DNA of 64,000 nucleotides from Bacteroidales bacterium UBA4788. GTDB taxonomy: Bacteria; Bacteroidota; Bacteroidia; Bacteroidales; VadinHA17. Made by a program: the position numbers and the translations under genes. The notes beneath the pieces are model-generated. The model searched no databases. It saw nothing but the letters and a program-made list of their open reading frames with translations, and was not told where the DNA came from. Location of the stretch: assembly GCA_002402965.1 (NCBI GenBank), contig DHGW01000049.1:3692-67691 (forward strand). Direction: 5' to 3'. Shown here in pieces: positions 33,922-42,604 of this stretch. Within the stretch, counting starts at the first letter, position 1. Each line of letters opens with the position of its first letter.

Positions 33922-35076
33922 TTACAGGGCTGTTCTGAAAGATCCGTTCGCGGAGGAGGCAACAACAGCTTCAAGGAACTTCATTCCCCTGACACCTTCA
34001 TTTATGCCCGGGTAATCAGCCACTACGTCCGGATTCCTTCCCTCGTTCAGAGCTATAATGTGCATCATGAAATTTCTGTAGAGATTGGCGAAGGCTTCGA
34101 TGAATCCTTCGGGATGCCCAGCCGGGATTCTCGTATGCATCGCCGATGCCCTGCCTGTTCCCGTGAAGGAGGTTCCTGTACGGACAAGCTGTACAGGAGC
34201 GTCAGGCCAGAGGAGGGTGAGGGTGTTTGGTTCCATCTGCCTCCATATTAAACCACCCTTTTCACCGTAGATCCTGATGGAGAGGTTGTTCTCCTCACCC
34301 GTGGCGACCTGGCTGGCGAGGAGTGTCCCGTTCATGCCGTTGCCGAAGAGGAGGGAGACTGTTCCGTCATCATCCAGCACCCTGCCCTGAACCACTGACC
34401 TGAGACTGGCGGAGAGAGCTTTTACCTCCTGTCCGGTAATATATTCAGCCAGATTGAATGCATGAGTTCCGATGTCAGCCATTGCTCCTGCGATGCCTGC
34501 CTTAGAGGGATCCGATCTCCAGATGGCCTGTCTGTTGTCTGTTTTCTCAAGAGGGGTGGTAAGCCAACCCTGGAGATACTCAACTATAACCTTTCTTACG
34601 TCACCCAGTTCTCCGCCGAGCACCATCTCGCGCGCCCGCTTTACCATGGGGTAACCGGTGTAGTTATGGGTCAGGCAGAAAAGGCGGCCGGTGCGTTCCA
34701 CAGTTTCCTGCAGGTCTGCTGCTTCTGTCACGCTGATGCAGAGTGGCTTGTCACAAATGACATGAAATCCGGCCTCGAGGGCCATTTTTGCAGGTCCGTA
34801 ATGCAGATGGTTTGGGGTTACAATTGTGATAAAGTGAGGCCTGATATCGAATGGCAGTGCGCTCTCGCGGATGATCATCTCCTGCCAGTTGTCATAAATC
34901 CGGGCAGACGGAAGTCCATCCCTGGCGCCAGTAGAAGATGAAACGGCGGGGTCACTGCTAAAGGCACCACAGACCAGTTCGGCTAAGCCATCGAGGCGTG
35001 CCGCCATGCGATGCACCGGTCCTGTAAGAGAACCTTCGCCACCGCCTATCATTCCCATCCTGAGCTTCATCGTCAC
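33922..35076 (-). CDS. Gfo/Idh/MocA-family oxidoreductase (cytoplasmic)
   Basis: It has an N-terminal Rossmann motif (MGMIGGGEG) and the family-typical C-terminal alpha/beta domain. No signal peptide is present. Confidence 0.8.
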   Translation of the reverse strand: MTMKLRMGMIGGGEGSLTGPVHRMAARLDGLAELVCGAFSSDPAVSSSTGARDGLPSARIYDNWQEMIIRESALPFDIRPHFITIVTPNHLHYGPAKMALEAGFHVICDKPLCISVTEAADLQETVERTGRLFCLTHNYTGYPMVKRAREMVLGGELGDVRKVIVEYLQGWLTTPLEKTDNRQAIWRSDPSKAGIAGAMADIGTHAFNLAEYITGQEVKALSASLRSVVQGRVLDDDGTVSLLFGNGMNGTLLASQVATGEENNLSIRIYGEKGGLIWRQMEPNTLTLLWPDAPVQLVRTGTSFTGTGRASAMHTRIPAGHPEGFIEAFANLYRNFMMHIIALNEGRNPDVVADYPGINEGVRGMKFLEAVVASSANGSFRTAL

Positions 35077-35552
35077 ACCCCGGTATCAGTTTTATTATCG
35101 CCCCTGATCTCAATGTTATTGCGCTTGCAGAACTCCTCCGCAGCTTGAAGTATCGTCGCCGTGTGTTCAGGATAATATGTTCCGAGTCTGAGGCTGATGC
35201 TGCCGGTTCTTGTATGAAATATTATTGTCAGGGGCCTGAACTCCACTGCCTTGAGCGATGTGGATGAGAAAATCAACGGAGGCCTGTAGAACTCCTGCCG
35301 GAGAATGATTTTATCATTGCCAATGGTTATGTACTTCCGTGTATAACCAAGTCCTGAGGCTATCATCCACAGTCCGAACAGCAGAAGGAAAGCGGTTGCT
35401 ATCCATGCTGATCCGGTTGAGGATACTGTGCCTCTGATGCTGTACATGTACCAGACGGATGCTGCAAGGCATGCAACACCGAAGATGATCCTCAGAAGTT
35501 TTCCTGCTTTGTTATCCTCATGCAGGTCTATGTTGTATCTTGTCTCTGCCAT
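35073..35552 (-). CDS. Hypothetical two-TM membrane protein
   Basis: The 159-aa protein has two hydrophobic helices followed by a soluble domain. It has a 4-nt overlap with the downstream oxidoreductase gene. Confidence 0.45.
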   Translation of the reverse strand: MAETRYNIDLHEDNKAGKLLRIIFGVACLAASVWYMYSIRGTVSSTGSAWIATAFLLLFGLWMIASGLGYTRKYITIGNDKIILRQEFYRPPLIFSSTSLKAVEFRPLTIIFHTRTGSISLRLGTYYPEHTATILQAAEEFCKRNNIEIRGDNKTDTGV

Positions 35553-35682
35553 ATCTTTTTCGCCTGATGCAATTTACTTATTTTTGGGCAGGGAGGATGA
35601 GATTTTAAAGAGCTCCGGGTTTTATTTTCCCGATGAAATATTTACTTTTAAGGTTTATATAGAACTTTTAACCACCTGTAAT

Positions 35683-37182
35683 ATGAAAGAGGACAAAAGA
35701 ACAATCACGAGGCGGTCATTTGTAGGCACTACTGGTGCCGCAATAGCCGGTCTTACCATCCTGCCATCCAATGTAGTCAGCGGTCTTGGCCACCGGGCCC
35801 CCAGCGATAAGCTGAACATTGCGGGCATAGGTATCGGCGGCGCAGGCGCCTCAAACATCAGGAACGTGGCATCGTCAGAAAACATAGTAGCGCTCTGTGA
35901 TGTTGACTGGGGCTATTCAAAGAGGGTCTTTGATGCATATCCTGCAGCGAAGAAGTTCTGGGACTTCAGAAAGATGTACGATGAGATGGGCAATTCTATT
36001 GATGCCGTCATCGTTGCCACAGCTGACCATACTCATGCTATCTCTGCCGCCCAGGCAATGACGATGGGCAAGCATGTCTACGTGCAGAAGCCTCTCACCC
36101 ACAGCGTATATGAGTCAAGGCTCCTGACGAAGCTTGCCGCGAAGCACAGGGTGGCCACCTCGATGGGCAACCAGGGTTCATCCGATGTCGGAGTGGACCT
36201 GGTACAGGAGTGGATACAGAACCGGGAGATAGGTGAGGTGACCAGGGTAGAGGCTTTCACTGACCGTCCTATCTGGCCACAGGGCCTGAACAGACCTGCA
36301 AAAGTAGATAAGGTGCCGAAGACACTGGACTGGGACCTCTTCCTGGGTCCTGCTCCCATCCGGCCTTACAATGCCATATATCATCCCTGGAACTGGAGAG
36401 GCTGGTGGGATTTCGGGACAGGTGCGCTGGGTGATATGGCATGCCATATCCTGCATCCGGTGTTCAAATCTCTCAAACTCACATACCCGACAAAAGTACA
36501 GGCAAGTTCTACACTGTTGCTGACCGACTGCGCACCAAATGCCCAGACCGTAAAGTATGTCTATCCGGCACGAACAGCACCATCACATTATAAGATTGAT
36601 CTTCCGGAAGTGGAAGTGATATGGTATGATGGAGGACTGCAGCCTATGAAACCAGAAGGGTGGCCAGCCGGAAAGGATATGAATGACAATGGCGGGGGAG
36701 TCATTTTCCACGGAACAAAAGATACGCTTATCTGCGGTTGCTACGGATTAAATCCATGGCTTCTTTCAGGCCGGGTGCCAAATGCTCCTCAAACCGAAAG
36801 ACGCATTGAGAACGCTACCCGTGGTGGACATGAGATGGATTGGGTGCGTGCCTGCAAGGAACCCGCAGAAAAGAGGATGATGACCAAATCGGACTTCTCC
36901 GAGGCAGGACCATTCAATGAGATGGTCGTTATGGGCGTGCTTGCCGTCAGGCTCCAGGGCCTTAACAAGACCCTCGAATGGGACGGTCAGAAGATGGAGT
37001 TTACAAATATTAATGACGAAGAAACGATAAAGATTTGCGTTGAGGATCATTTCAGCATCACCGATGGTCACCCGACCTTTAATAAGACGTGGACCGACCC
37101 GATCAATTCGAAGCAGTTTGCAGCAGAGATGATAAAGCATAATTACCGCAGCGGCTGGTCGCTTCCTGAAATGCCCGCATAA
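35683..37182 (+). CDS. TAT-exported Gfo/Idh/MocA-family oxidoreductase
   Basis: I chose the ATG at 35683, which gives MKEDKRTITRRSFVGTTGAAIAG (twin-arginine signal) followed by the Rossmann motif GIGIGGAG. The longer track ORF starting at 35428 overlaps the opposite-strand gene. Confidence 0.8.
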   Translation: MKEDKRTITRRSFVGTTGAAIAGLTILPSNVVSGLGHRAPSDKLNIAGIGIGGAGASNIRNVASSENIVALCDVDWGYSKRVFDAYPAAKKFWDFRKMYDEMGNSIDAVIVATADHTHAISAAQAMTMGKHVYVQKPLTHSVYESRLLTKLAAKHRVATSMGNQGSSDVGVDLVQEWIQNREIGEVTRVEAFTDRPIWPQGLNRPAKVDKVPKTLDWDLFLGPAPIRPYNAIYHPWNWRGWWDFGTGALGDMACHILHPVFKSLKLTYPTKVQASSTLLLTDCAPNAQTVKYVYPARTAPSHYKIDLPEVEVIWYDGGLQPMKPEGWPAGKDMNDNGGGVIFHGTKDTLICGCYGLNPWLLSGRVPNAPQTERRIENATRGGHEMDWVRACKEPAEKRMMTKSDFSEAGPFNEMVVMGVLAVRLQGLNKTLEWDGQKMEFTNINDEETIKICVEDHFSITDGHPTFNKTWTDPINSKQFAAEMIKHNYRSGWSLPEMPA

Positions 37183-37219
37183 ATTGTAACATAAACAAAT
37201 ACTTTAAAATTTACACCTT

Positions 37220-37963
37220 ATGAAACTGATTAAAACAATTTTTGTACTCCTTCTGGCTGCCTCGTTCGTCTCCTGCGGATCAGGAAAGGAAAAGAAGAGT
37301 GCCGAAAAGAAATCGACAGAAGCCGAGGTCTGGACCTTCCTCTTTGACGGAACAACCACACAGGGCTGGCGCAACTACAACAAGGCCACCTTCCCTGAAC
37401 AGGGATGGGAGATCGCTGACGGTACACTGCACTGCCAGGGCTCAGGCAGAGGTGAAGCCGGCGGTGGCGGCGGCGACATCATTTATGACAAGAAGTTTTC
37501 CAACTTCCACCTGAAGCTTGAGTGGAAGATATCTGAAGGTGGAAACAGCGGAATCTTCTATCTTGCTCAGGAAGTTCCTGAATGGGAGATATACAGGACA
37601 GCCCCTGAAATGCAGGTGCTTGACAATGCAAAACACCCCGATGCCCAGGCCGGAAAGGATGGCAACCGCCAGGCAGGTTCGCTATATGACCTGATTCCGG
37701 CAGTGCCCCAGAATGCAAAGCCGGCAGGTGAATGGAACACCGCTGAGATCAAGGTTTACAAGGGAACCGTATGGCACATCCAGAACGGAGAGACCGTACT
37801 TGAATACCACCTTTGGACTCCGGAATGGAATACCCTCGTTGCCGGCAGCAAATTTCCGGGACTTAATCCGAATTGGGCCAATGTTGCTGCGGAGGGCTAC
37901 ATAGGTGTTCAGGACCATGGCGATGATGTCTGGTACAGGAATATCCAGATCAGGGAGTTGTAA
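37220..37963 (+). CDS. DUF1080-domain (3-keto-disaccharide hydrolase-like) lipoprotein
   Basis: It has a lipobox (FVSCG) and the family pattern W...GW......G.L......GDIIY...F.NF.L..EW......NSGI...IG.QDHG..V.YRNI.I. Confidence 0.8.
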   Translation: MKLIKTIFVLLLAASFVSCGSGKEKKSAEKKSTEAEVWTFLFDGTTTQGWRNYNKATFPEQGWEIADGTLHCQGSGRGEAGGGGGDIIYDKKFSNFHLKLEWKISEGGNSGIFYLAQEVPEWEIYRTAPEMQVLDNAKHPDAQAGKDGNRQAGSLYDLIPAVPQNAKPAGEWNTAEIKVYKGTVWHIQNGETVLEYHLWTPEWNTLVAGSKFPGLNPNWANVAAEGYIGVQDHGDDVWYRNIQIREL

Positions 37964-38003
37964 TTCATTCATAATACCAGATTATCTGGTATACATGCAC
38001 GTG

Positions 38004-38034
38004 GCGGCAGGTCTCAGACCTGCCGCTGTGTGTT
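38004..38034 (+). terminator. Probable rho-independent terminator
   Basis: A 10-bp GC-rich stem (GCGGCAGGTC / GACCTGCCGC) with loop TCA is followed by TGTGTGTT. It lies downstream of the DUF1080 gene. Confidence 0.6.
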
Positions 38035-38152
38035 ATGGCCACAATCAATCGCCGCGATGCCGTAACGCATTATAACCAACGTCTCGCTTTGTGATACCGA
38101 AAGCGGGAGGTCTCAGGCCTCCAGCTACGTGATATTATAACATATATCCGGG

Positions 38153-38737
38153 TTACAGGGCAGGATTGCCCTTTAATCCGATCTCCTCCGCCACCTCCCG
38201 CATGCCCATAATTGTGTCAGTGATGAGATCATTAAGATCAGCACCAAGCATTGCAGCTCCCTTTTCGATCACGCTGCGGTCAACCCCGGCAGCAAACCTC
38301 TTATCGGTCCATTTTTTGCGAACCGACTTGGACTCCATGTCAAGCACGCTTCGCGAAGGCCTTACAAGGGCGCTGGTAGTCACCAGTCCGGTCAGCTCGT
38401 CGATGGCGAAGAGAGTCTTCTCAAGCAGGGTCTGAGGTTCAGTATCAGAACAGATACCATATCCGTGGCTGATCACCGCCCTGATATACTCTTCAGGCCA
38501 TCCCTCCTCACGCATGATCTTTTCGGTCATCGTGCAGTGCTGATCAGGGTACATCTCGTAATCAAGGTCATGTATCAATCCAATAACACCCCACATCTCT
38601 TCATCCTCACCGCTTTTTCGTGCCATGTACCTCATGACCGCCTCTACCGAGAGGGCATGTTTGCAGAGGCTGTCCGACTTGTTGTACCGGAGGAACAGTT
38701 CGAGTGCATCTTTACGTGTTGGTCTGGCGCTTGTCAT
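38153..38737 (-). CDS. HD-domain metal-dependent phosphohydrolase
   Basis: It has an H...HD signature (KHALSVEAV...GLIHDLDYE) in a protein of about 190 aa. Confidence 0.7.
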   Translation of the reverse strand: MTSARPTRKDALELFLRYNKSDSLCKHALSVEAVMRYMARKSGEDEEMWGVIGLIHDLDYEMYPDQHCTMTEKIMREEGWPEEYIRAVISHGYGICSDTEPQTLLEKTLFAIDELTGLVTTSALVRPSRSVLDMESKSVRKKWTDKRFAAGVDRSVIEKGAAMLGADLNDLITDTIMGMREVAEEIGLKGNPAL

Positions 38738-38743
38738 GTCGTG

Positions 38744-41700
38744 TTATTGCTTTACAATTTTCAGGTTTATGCTCCTGGATTCCCGGGTGAGACGGAGAGT
38801 ATATACCCCGGCAGCGAGATGGCGGCAGTTGAAAGGTATCCTGTTATTTCCAGGTGATAGCTCTGCTTCGAATCGCATTACGACCCTTCCTCCAGTATCA
38901 ATGAGCTCGACGGTGGCACGGTCACTGCCCTCATAATCGAGTTCGAGGGTGAAGCTCTCCCTGAATGGGTTGGGATGTACGGTCACTTTCCCTTCTGTTA
39001 TGTCAGTCCCGGTGCCTGACAGCACGAATGAGACCATCGCCGTATCATTGCCTGCATATCCATCTTCGGGAAGGCGGTTGAAGATATAAATCCGGTTCAG
39101 TACGTCTTTCTGAAGGCTTATCTTCTGAGAGAAGGCTACATCAATCGTGTCTCCCGGGTCGATCTTTCTGTAGAAGGTCTCATTGACCAGATCACCTTCA
39201 TTAACCTTATATGCCAGGGGGAAGCTGGTGAGGGCGTTCCTGCCGAAGTTAATCACTCTGCCTTTTACCGTAACGTCTGTAAGCAACGTTGTGACCTGCG
39301 GGGTGTATACCGAATCTATGTGCAGGTCAGCTTCGAGGAAGGCTATATCGGGGAAGGTCACCTGGTCAAGCCATGCTGCATCCATACCTCCGGAAAGAGA
39401 GACATCCTTGGCATAGGCCCATTCAAGCAGGTGAACGCCAGGCTTGAGCACCTTTTTCCTCAGCGCCCACGGTGTGTCACCGGATATCTGCATGTCAACC
39501 ACACTGTCAACCCTGAAGGTGAGCTGGTCATAGATGGGTTCCGAGGAGACCCTGACATAGAAAGAGAGGGTGTCGGTCACAGGGTTATTGACATAAACCG
39601 AAAGGACTGACTCCGTCTTGTCAGGGATAGCAGCGGATCTCGCTGAATTGACATTTTCATATGACGATGAGGAGGTAATTATCCATGGATAGTCACCCTT
39701 CTGTATCCACGGGAAGACGTCGAACCGGTTGTATTCCCACGTCTCCCGTGTCTTACCGGTGCTGAGTGACCACCTGCCCGAGGCCTTATATTGTCCGCAG
39801 ACGAAGCTGACATCATACGGGATCACCCTGCCTGATCCGGTAAGGATTGAAATTGAAGTTTTGAAGTAAATATCCTTTTCCTCGCCAGGCATCAGGGTAT
39901 CGGTAGCCAGTTGCGGCTCCTCCACATTGAGCCAGGTTCCAGCCGGAGTTACAGTCACTGTGCCGCTGGCAGCAGAAGAACCTTCATTTTTGACCCTGAT
40001 CCTCAGATGGAGAGTCTCGCCGGGATCCGGAAGGAAGTTCGAGTTGCCCAGTGAGGAGTCGTCATGCAGAGATGACACTATTTTCAGAACCGGGGCACGG
40101 AGGGTCATATCGATGCCGAACCTGTACTCATTATCGTTGTCTTTCACGATCAGCAGCAGAGATGCAAGTTCGCCATCCTCCACCTTGTCCGAGACGGTGA
40201 AGGTGAACTTCCCTGAGATGGTTCGTGATTCACCCGGCAAGAGAATACCAATGGGTGCCGTATTTGCCCCAACGGTAATCATGCCTGAGGCTACTGTGAT
40301 CTGTGCGGTCAGATCAGCGGTGCTGACCTGGCCGATGTTCTTCAACGTGACCTTCAGGTTAATGGATTCGCCGTAATCGGGAATACCGTCTCCGTTGCCT
40401 GCAGAGTCATCGAACACTATATTCCCCGCTGTCACAAAGGGCTCAGAGACATTTCCGAAGTGGATGGTTTTATAGAACGGCAGCATATTCTGCCCGGTGA
40501 CAATGAGGAGACAGGAGTCCTTCACGCCGGAAGGAATTGTCAGTGAGACATTTCCTGATGGACTGAGGTGGCTGGCGTCCCAGAGCGTATCAAAATCGGA
40601 GAGAGCAGCGTAAGCAAAGGGTTTCGCGAAGAAGCTTAGTGATGTCAGAGCTCCCGGAACCTTGTCAGGCAGGTCTATTTTAAAGGTATCTGGTCTGCCT
40701 ATCACGGGAGAGAGGGAAGGATCACCCAGCAGGATGTAGGTTTCCCAGTAGTATTTTTTTCGTGGACTGGTACTGGCTGATACAGACATGTTACCAGAAA
40801 AGTTAATCTGCCCCATGGTGTGAAACCACTCCCCCGGAGGCTCATAATGTGTATGAAAAAGTCTGTCAAAAGCTCCTGCTCCGGTCGCTTCCCAGGTGAG
40901 ATCAGGTCCGGGTGTTCCAGGCCCCACGGACCAGAAGAAGTCATCGCTCCAGTAGGAGTCGTTTGTGCAGCCGATAAAGCCTATTGCACCCTTTTCCGGG
41001 GTGGCAACCATAGTGGTGCCGAAGCAGGATGCGACATTAATCTGGGCAGTGCGGCATGCGTTGGCAATAATCAACGGGTATTCATTCTTATTAACCAGGT
41101 CTTTGACCATTGAAGATTTGAAAACCGGATCACTGAATCCCGTTGCCTCTCCATGACCGGTATAGTTCAGGAAGCTGAGGCCCTGATTGAAGACGGTCTT
41201 AAGTGAATCATCTTTCAGTGGTGAATCCGGATAGAGCCACCTGATGGCATTGAGTGAGGTGTCCTGTCCGAGGTAGTTGTTGAAGAGGTAAGATATCTGG
41301 CCGTTCATATAAAGCTCGAACCCGGGAGCGTTGCCGGCCGTTGCCAGGGCTCCGGACCAGAAATCGTTTTCCGGTGCGTACGTGAATGTCTCGTAATCAA
41401 TTATCTTCTTTACCATGCCCTTCAGCTGGGTGGTGTCAATTGCAGGCAGCCTTCCGATGAAGAGTTCAGGTATGTAATCGCCCTCTCCGTCAAACTCACC
41501 GTAGTACAGGTCGGAGACATTTAAAGTTCCGCGTGAAGTGGGTATAACGTCCGGACCACCTGCTATAAGCAGGTAGTTTACAGGTACTCCCCGTGCCTGC
41601 AGGTTGAAATAGAGGTCGGATATCCTCTTTTTCAAGTCTTTGTAAACTGTATCTGCCGGTCCCGCTCCCTTGAAGATCACCGTTGTCTCAATGCCCTTCA

Positions 41701-42502
41701 GCATCTTCCACCGGATCAGCGGGGTCAGATGCTTTTTGAAGAGTGAATCAGTCACAACAATCATGTGCACCGGGCGGTCAGCATATCCGGGCACATATGA
41801 ATCCGAAGCATAACCACCCTTGTTGAACTCCAGGTCGACCTCCTCTTCCCCCTTTGTGGCGGAGGGTTCAAACCGTATATTGAGTTTCATTGATGTTATC
41901 AGGTCCACATATCTTCCCTTCGGGTTGTAGAAGGCAGGATAGACTGCGATGTTGGCTATCCTTCGTCCTCTGAAGATTCCTGCATGGGTGATCGTGACAG
42001 TGTCATGCATGAGGATACCATCGGCCTCGTATGCCTTTCTGTCCTTGACAGTTACTTTTTCCTCCGGTGGCTCATTCTTTGTCCTGGCAGGCTGGACCGG
42101 GAAGATCTCGGCATCAGGTGCTCCGTGGTCGGCAAACCTGATTCTTTTTGATGATACGCCGGAGAGAGTGACAATCAGGCTCATTCCGTCAGGCACCTCA
42201 ACCAGCCTGCTGTAAACAGGCAGCTCAGGCTTGCCTGTCTCATGGGTATGGTGGTGTCCCTGCAGCAGTATCCTGAAGTACCGGCCAGAAGGGTCACTGA
42301 CAGTCATCAAACGTGGATCATCGGAACGGTACTGGATATCTGAAGGCTGACGAGATGGCCTGCCGGCGGGAATATCACCCGCAGACCTGCCGGCGTACGC
42401 CTGGGACTCTGCTTCGGGCAGGTTAACCAACATCAAAACCGCCGCCAGCATTATTGCGGTTGCCCACTGATTTACCCTCATAACCTGAATATGCGAAGCC
42501 AA
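38744..42502 (-). CDS. Gingipain-like cysteine peptidase (C25 family) with Ig/CARDB-like repeats and a T9SS C-terminal sorting domain
   Basis: It has a signal peptide, a propeptide-like region, and a C25 core with a candidate catalytic His (NYTGHGE) and Cys (IIANACRTAQ). The C-terminal roughly 80 aa (VTVHPNPFRESFTLEL...YTLRL...LKIVKQ) look like a T9SS type A sorting domain. Confidence 0.8.
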   Translation of the reverse strand: MASHIQVMRVNQWATAIMLAAVLMLVNLPEAESQAYAGRSAGDIPAGRPSRQPSDIQYRSDDPRLMTVSDPSGRYFRILLQGHHHTHETGKPELPVYSRLVEVPDGMSLIVTLSGVSSKRIRFADHGAPDAEIFPVQPARTKNEPPEEKVTVKDRKAYEADGILMHDTVTITHAGIFRGRRIANIAVYPAFYNPKGRYVDLITSMKLNIRFEPSATKGEEEVDLEFNKGGYASDSYVPGYADRPVHMIVVTDSLFKKHLTPLIRWKMLKGIETTVIFKGAGPADTVYKDLKKRISDLYFNLQARGVPVNYLLIAGGPDVIPTSRGTLNVSDLYYGEFDGEGDYIPELFIGRLPAIDTTQLKGMVKKIIDYETFTYAPENDFWSGALATAGNAPGFELYMNGQISYLFNNYLGQDTSLNAIRWLYPDSPLKDDSLKTVFNQGLSFLNYTGHGEATGFSDPVFKSSMVKDLVNKNEYPLIIANACRTAQINVASCFGTTMVATPEKGAIGFIGCTNDSYWSDDFFWSVGPGTPGPDLTWEATGAGAFDRLFHTHYEPPGEWFHTMGQINFSGNMSVSASTSPRKKYYWETYILLGDPSLSPVIGRPDTFKIDLPDKVPGALTSLSFFAKPFAYAALSDFDTLWDASHLSPSGNVSLTIPSGVKDSCLLIVTGQNMLPFYKTIHFGNVSEPFVTAGNIVFDDSAGNGDGIPDYGESINLKVTLKNIGQVSTADLTAQITVASGMITVGANTAPIGILLPGESRTISGKFTFTVSDKVEDGELASLLLIVKDNDNEYRFGIDMTLRAPVLKIVSSLHDDSSLGNSNFLPDPGETLHLRIRVKNEGSSAASGTVTVTPAGTWLNVEEPQLATDTLMPGEEKDIYFKTSISILTGSGRVIPYDVSFVCGQYKASGRWSLSTGKTRETWEYNRFDVFPWIQKGDYPWIITSSSSYENVNSARSAAIPDKTESVLSVYVNNPVTDTLSFYVRVSSEPIYDQLTFRVDSVVDMQISGDTPWALRKKVLKPGVHLLEWAYAKDVSLSGGMDAAWLDQVTFPDIAFLEADLHIDSVYTPQVTTLLTDVTVKGRVINFGRNALTSFPLAYKVNEGDLVNETFYRKIDPGDTIDVAFSQKISLQKDVLNRIYIFNRLPEDGYAGNDTAMVSFVLSGTGTDITEGKVTVHPNPFRESFTLELDYEGSDRATVELIDTGGRVVMRFEAELSPGNNRIPFNCRHLAAGVYTLRLTRESRSINLKIVKQ

Positions 42503-42604
42503 GATAACTAAAATTACTTCAATTTATATGCCGGATGCTCTTCCTGCCGTTATATAAATTGAATTTGTATATTTAACCATTAATCCAGGGAGATTGTTCA
42601 GGGT

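Noticed and set aside
38744-42502. Calling the C25 protein the T9SS sortase PorU
   Set aside because: The size and C25 domain are compatible with PorU. However, the protein carries a classic cleavable-type T9SS sorting domain and CARDB/Ig-like repeats, as cargo proteases do. No porV is adjacent. I therefore call it a gingipain-like cargo peptidase. A PorU-specific profile search would settle the question.
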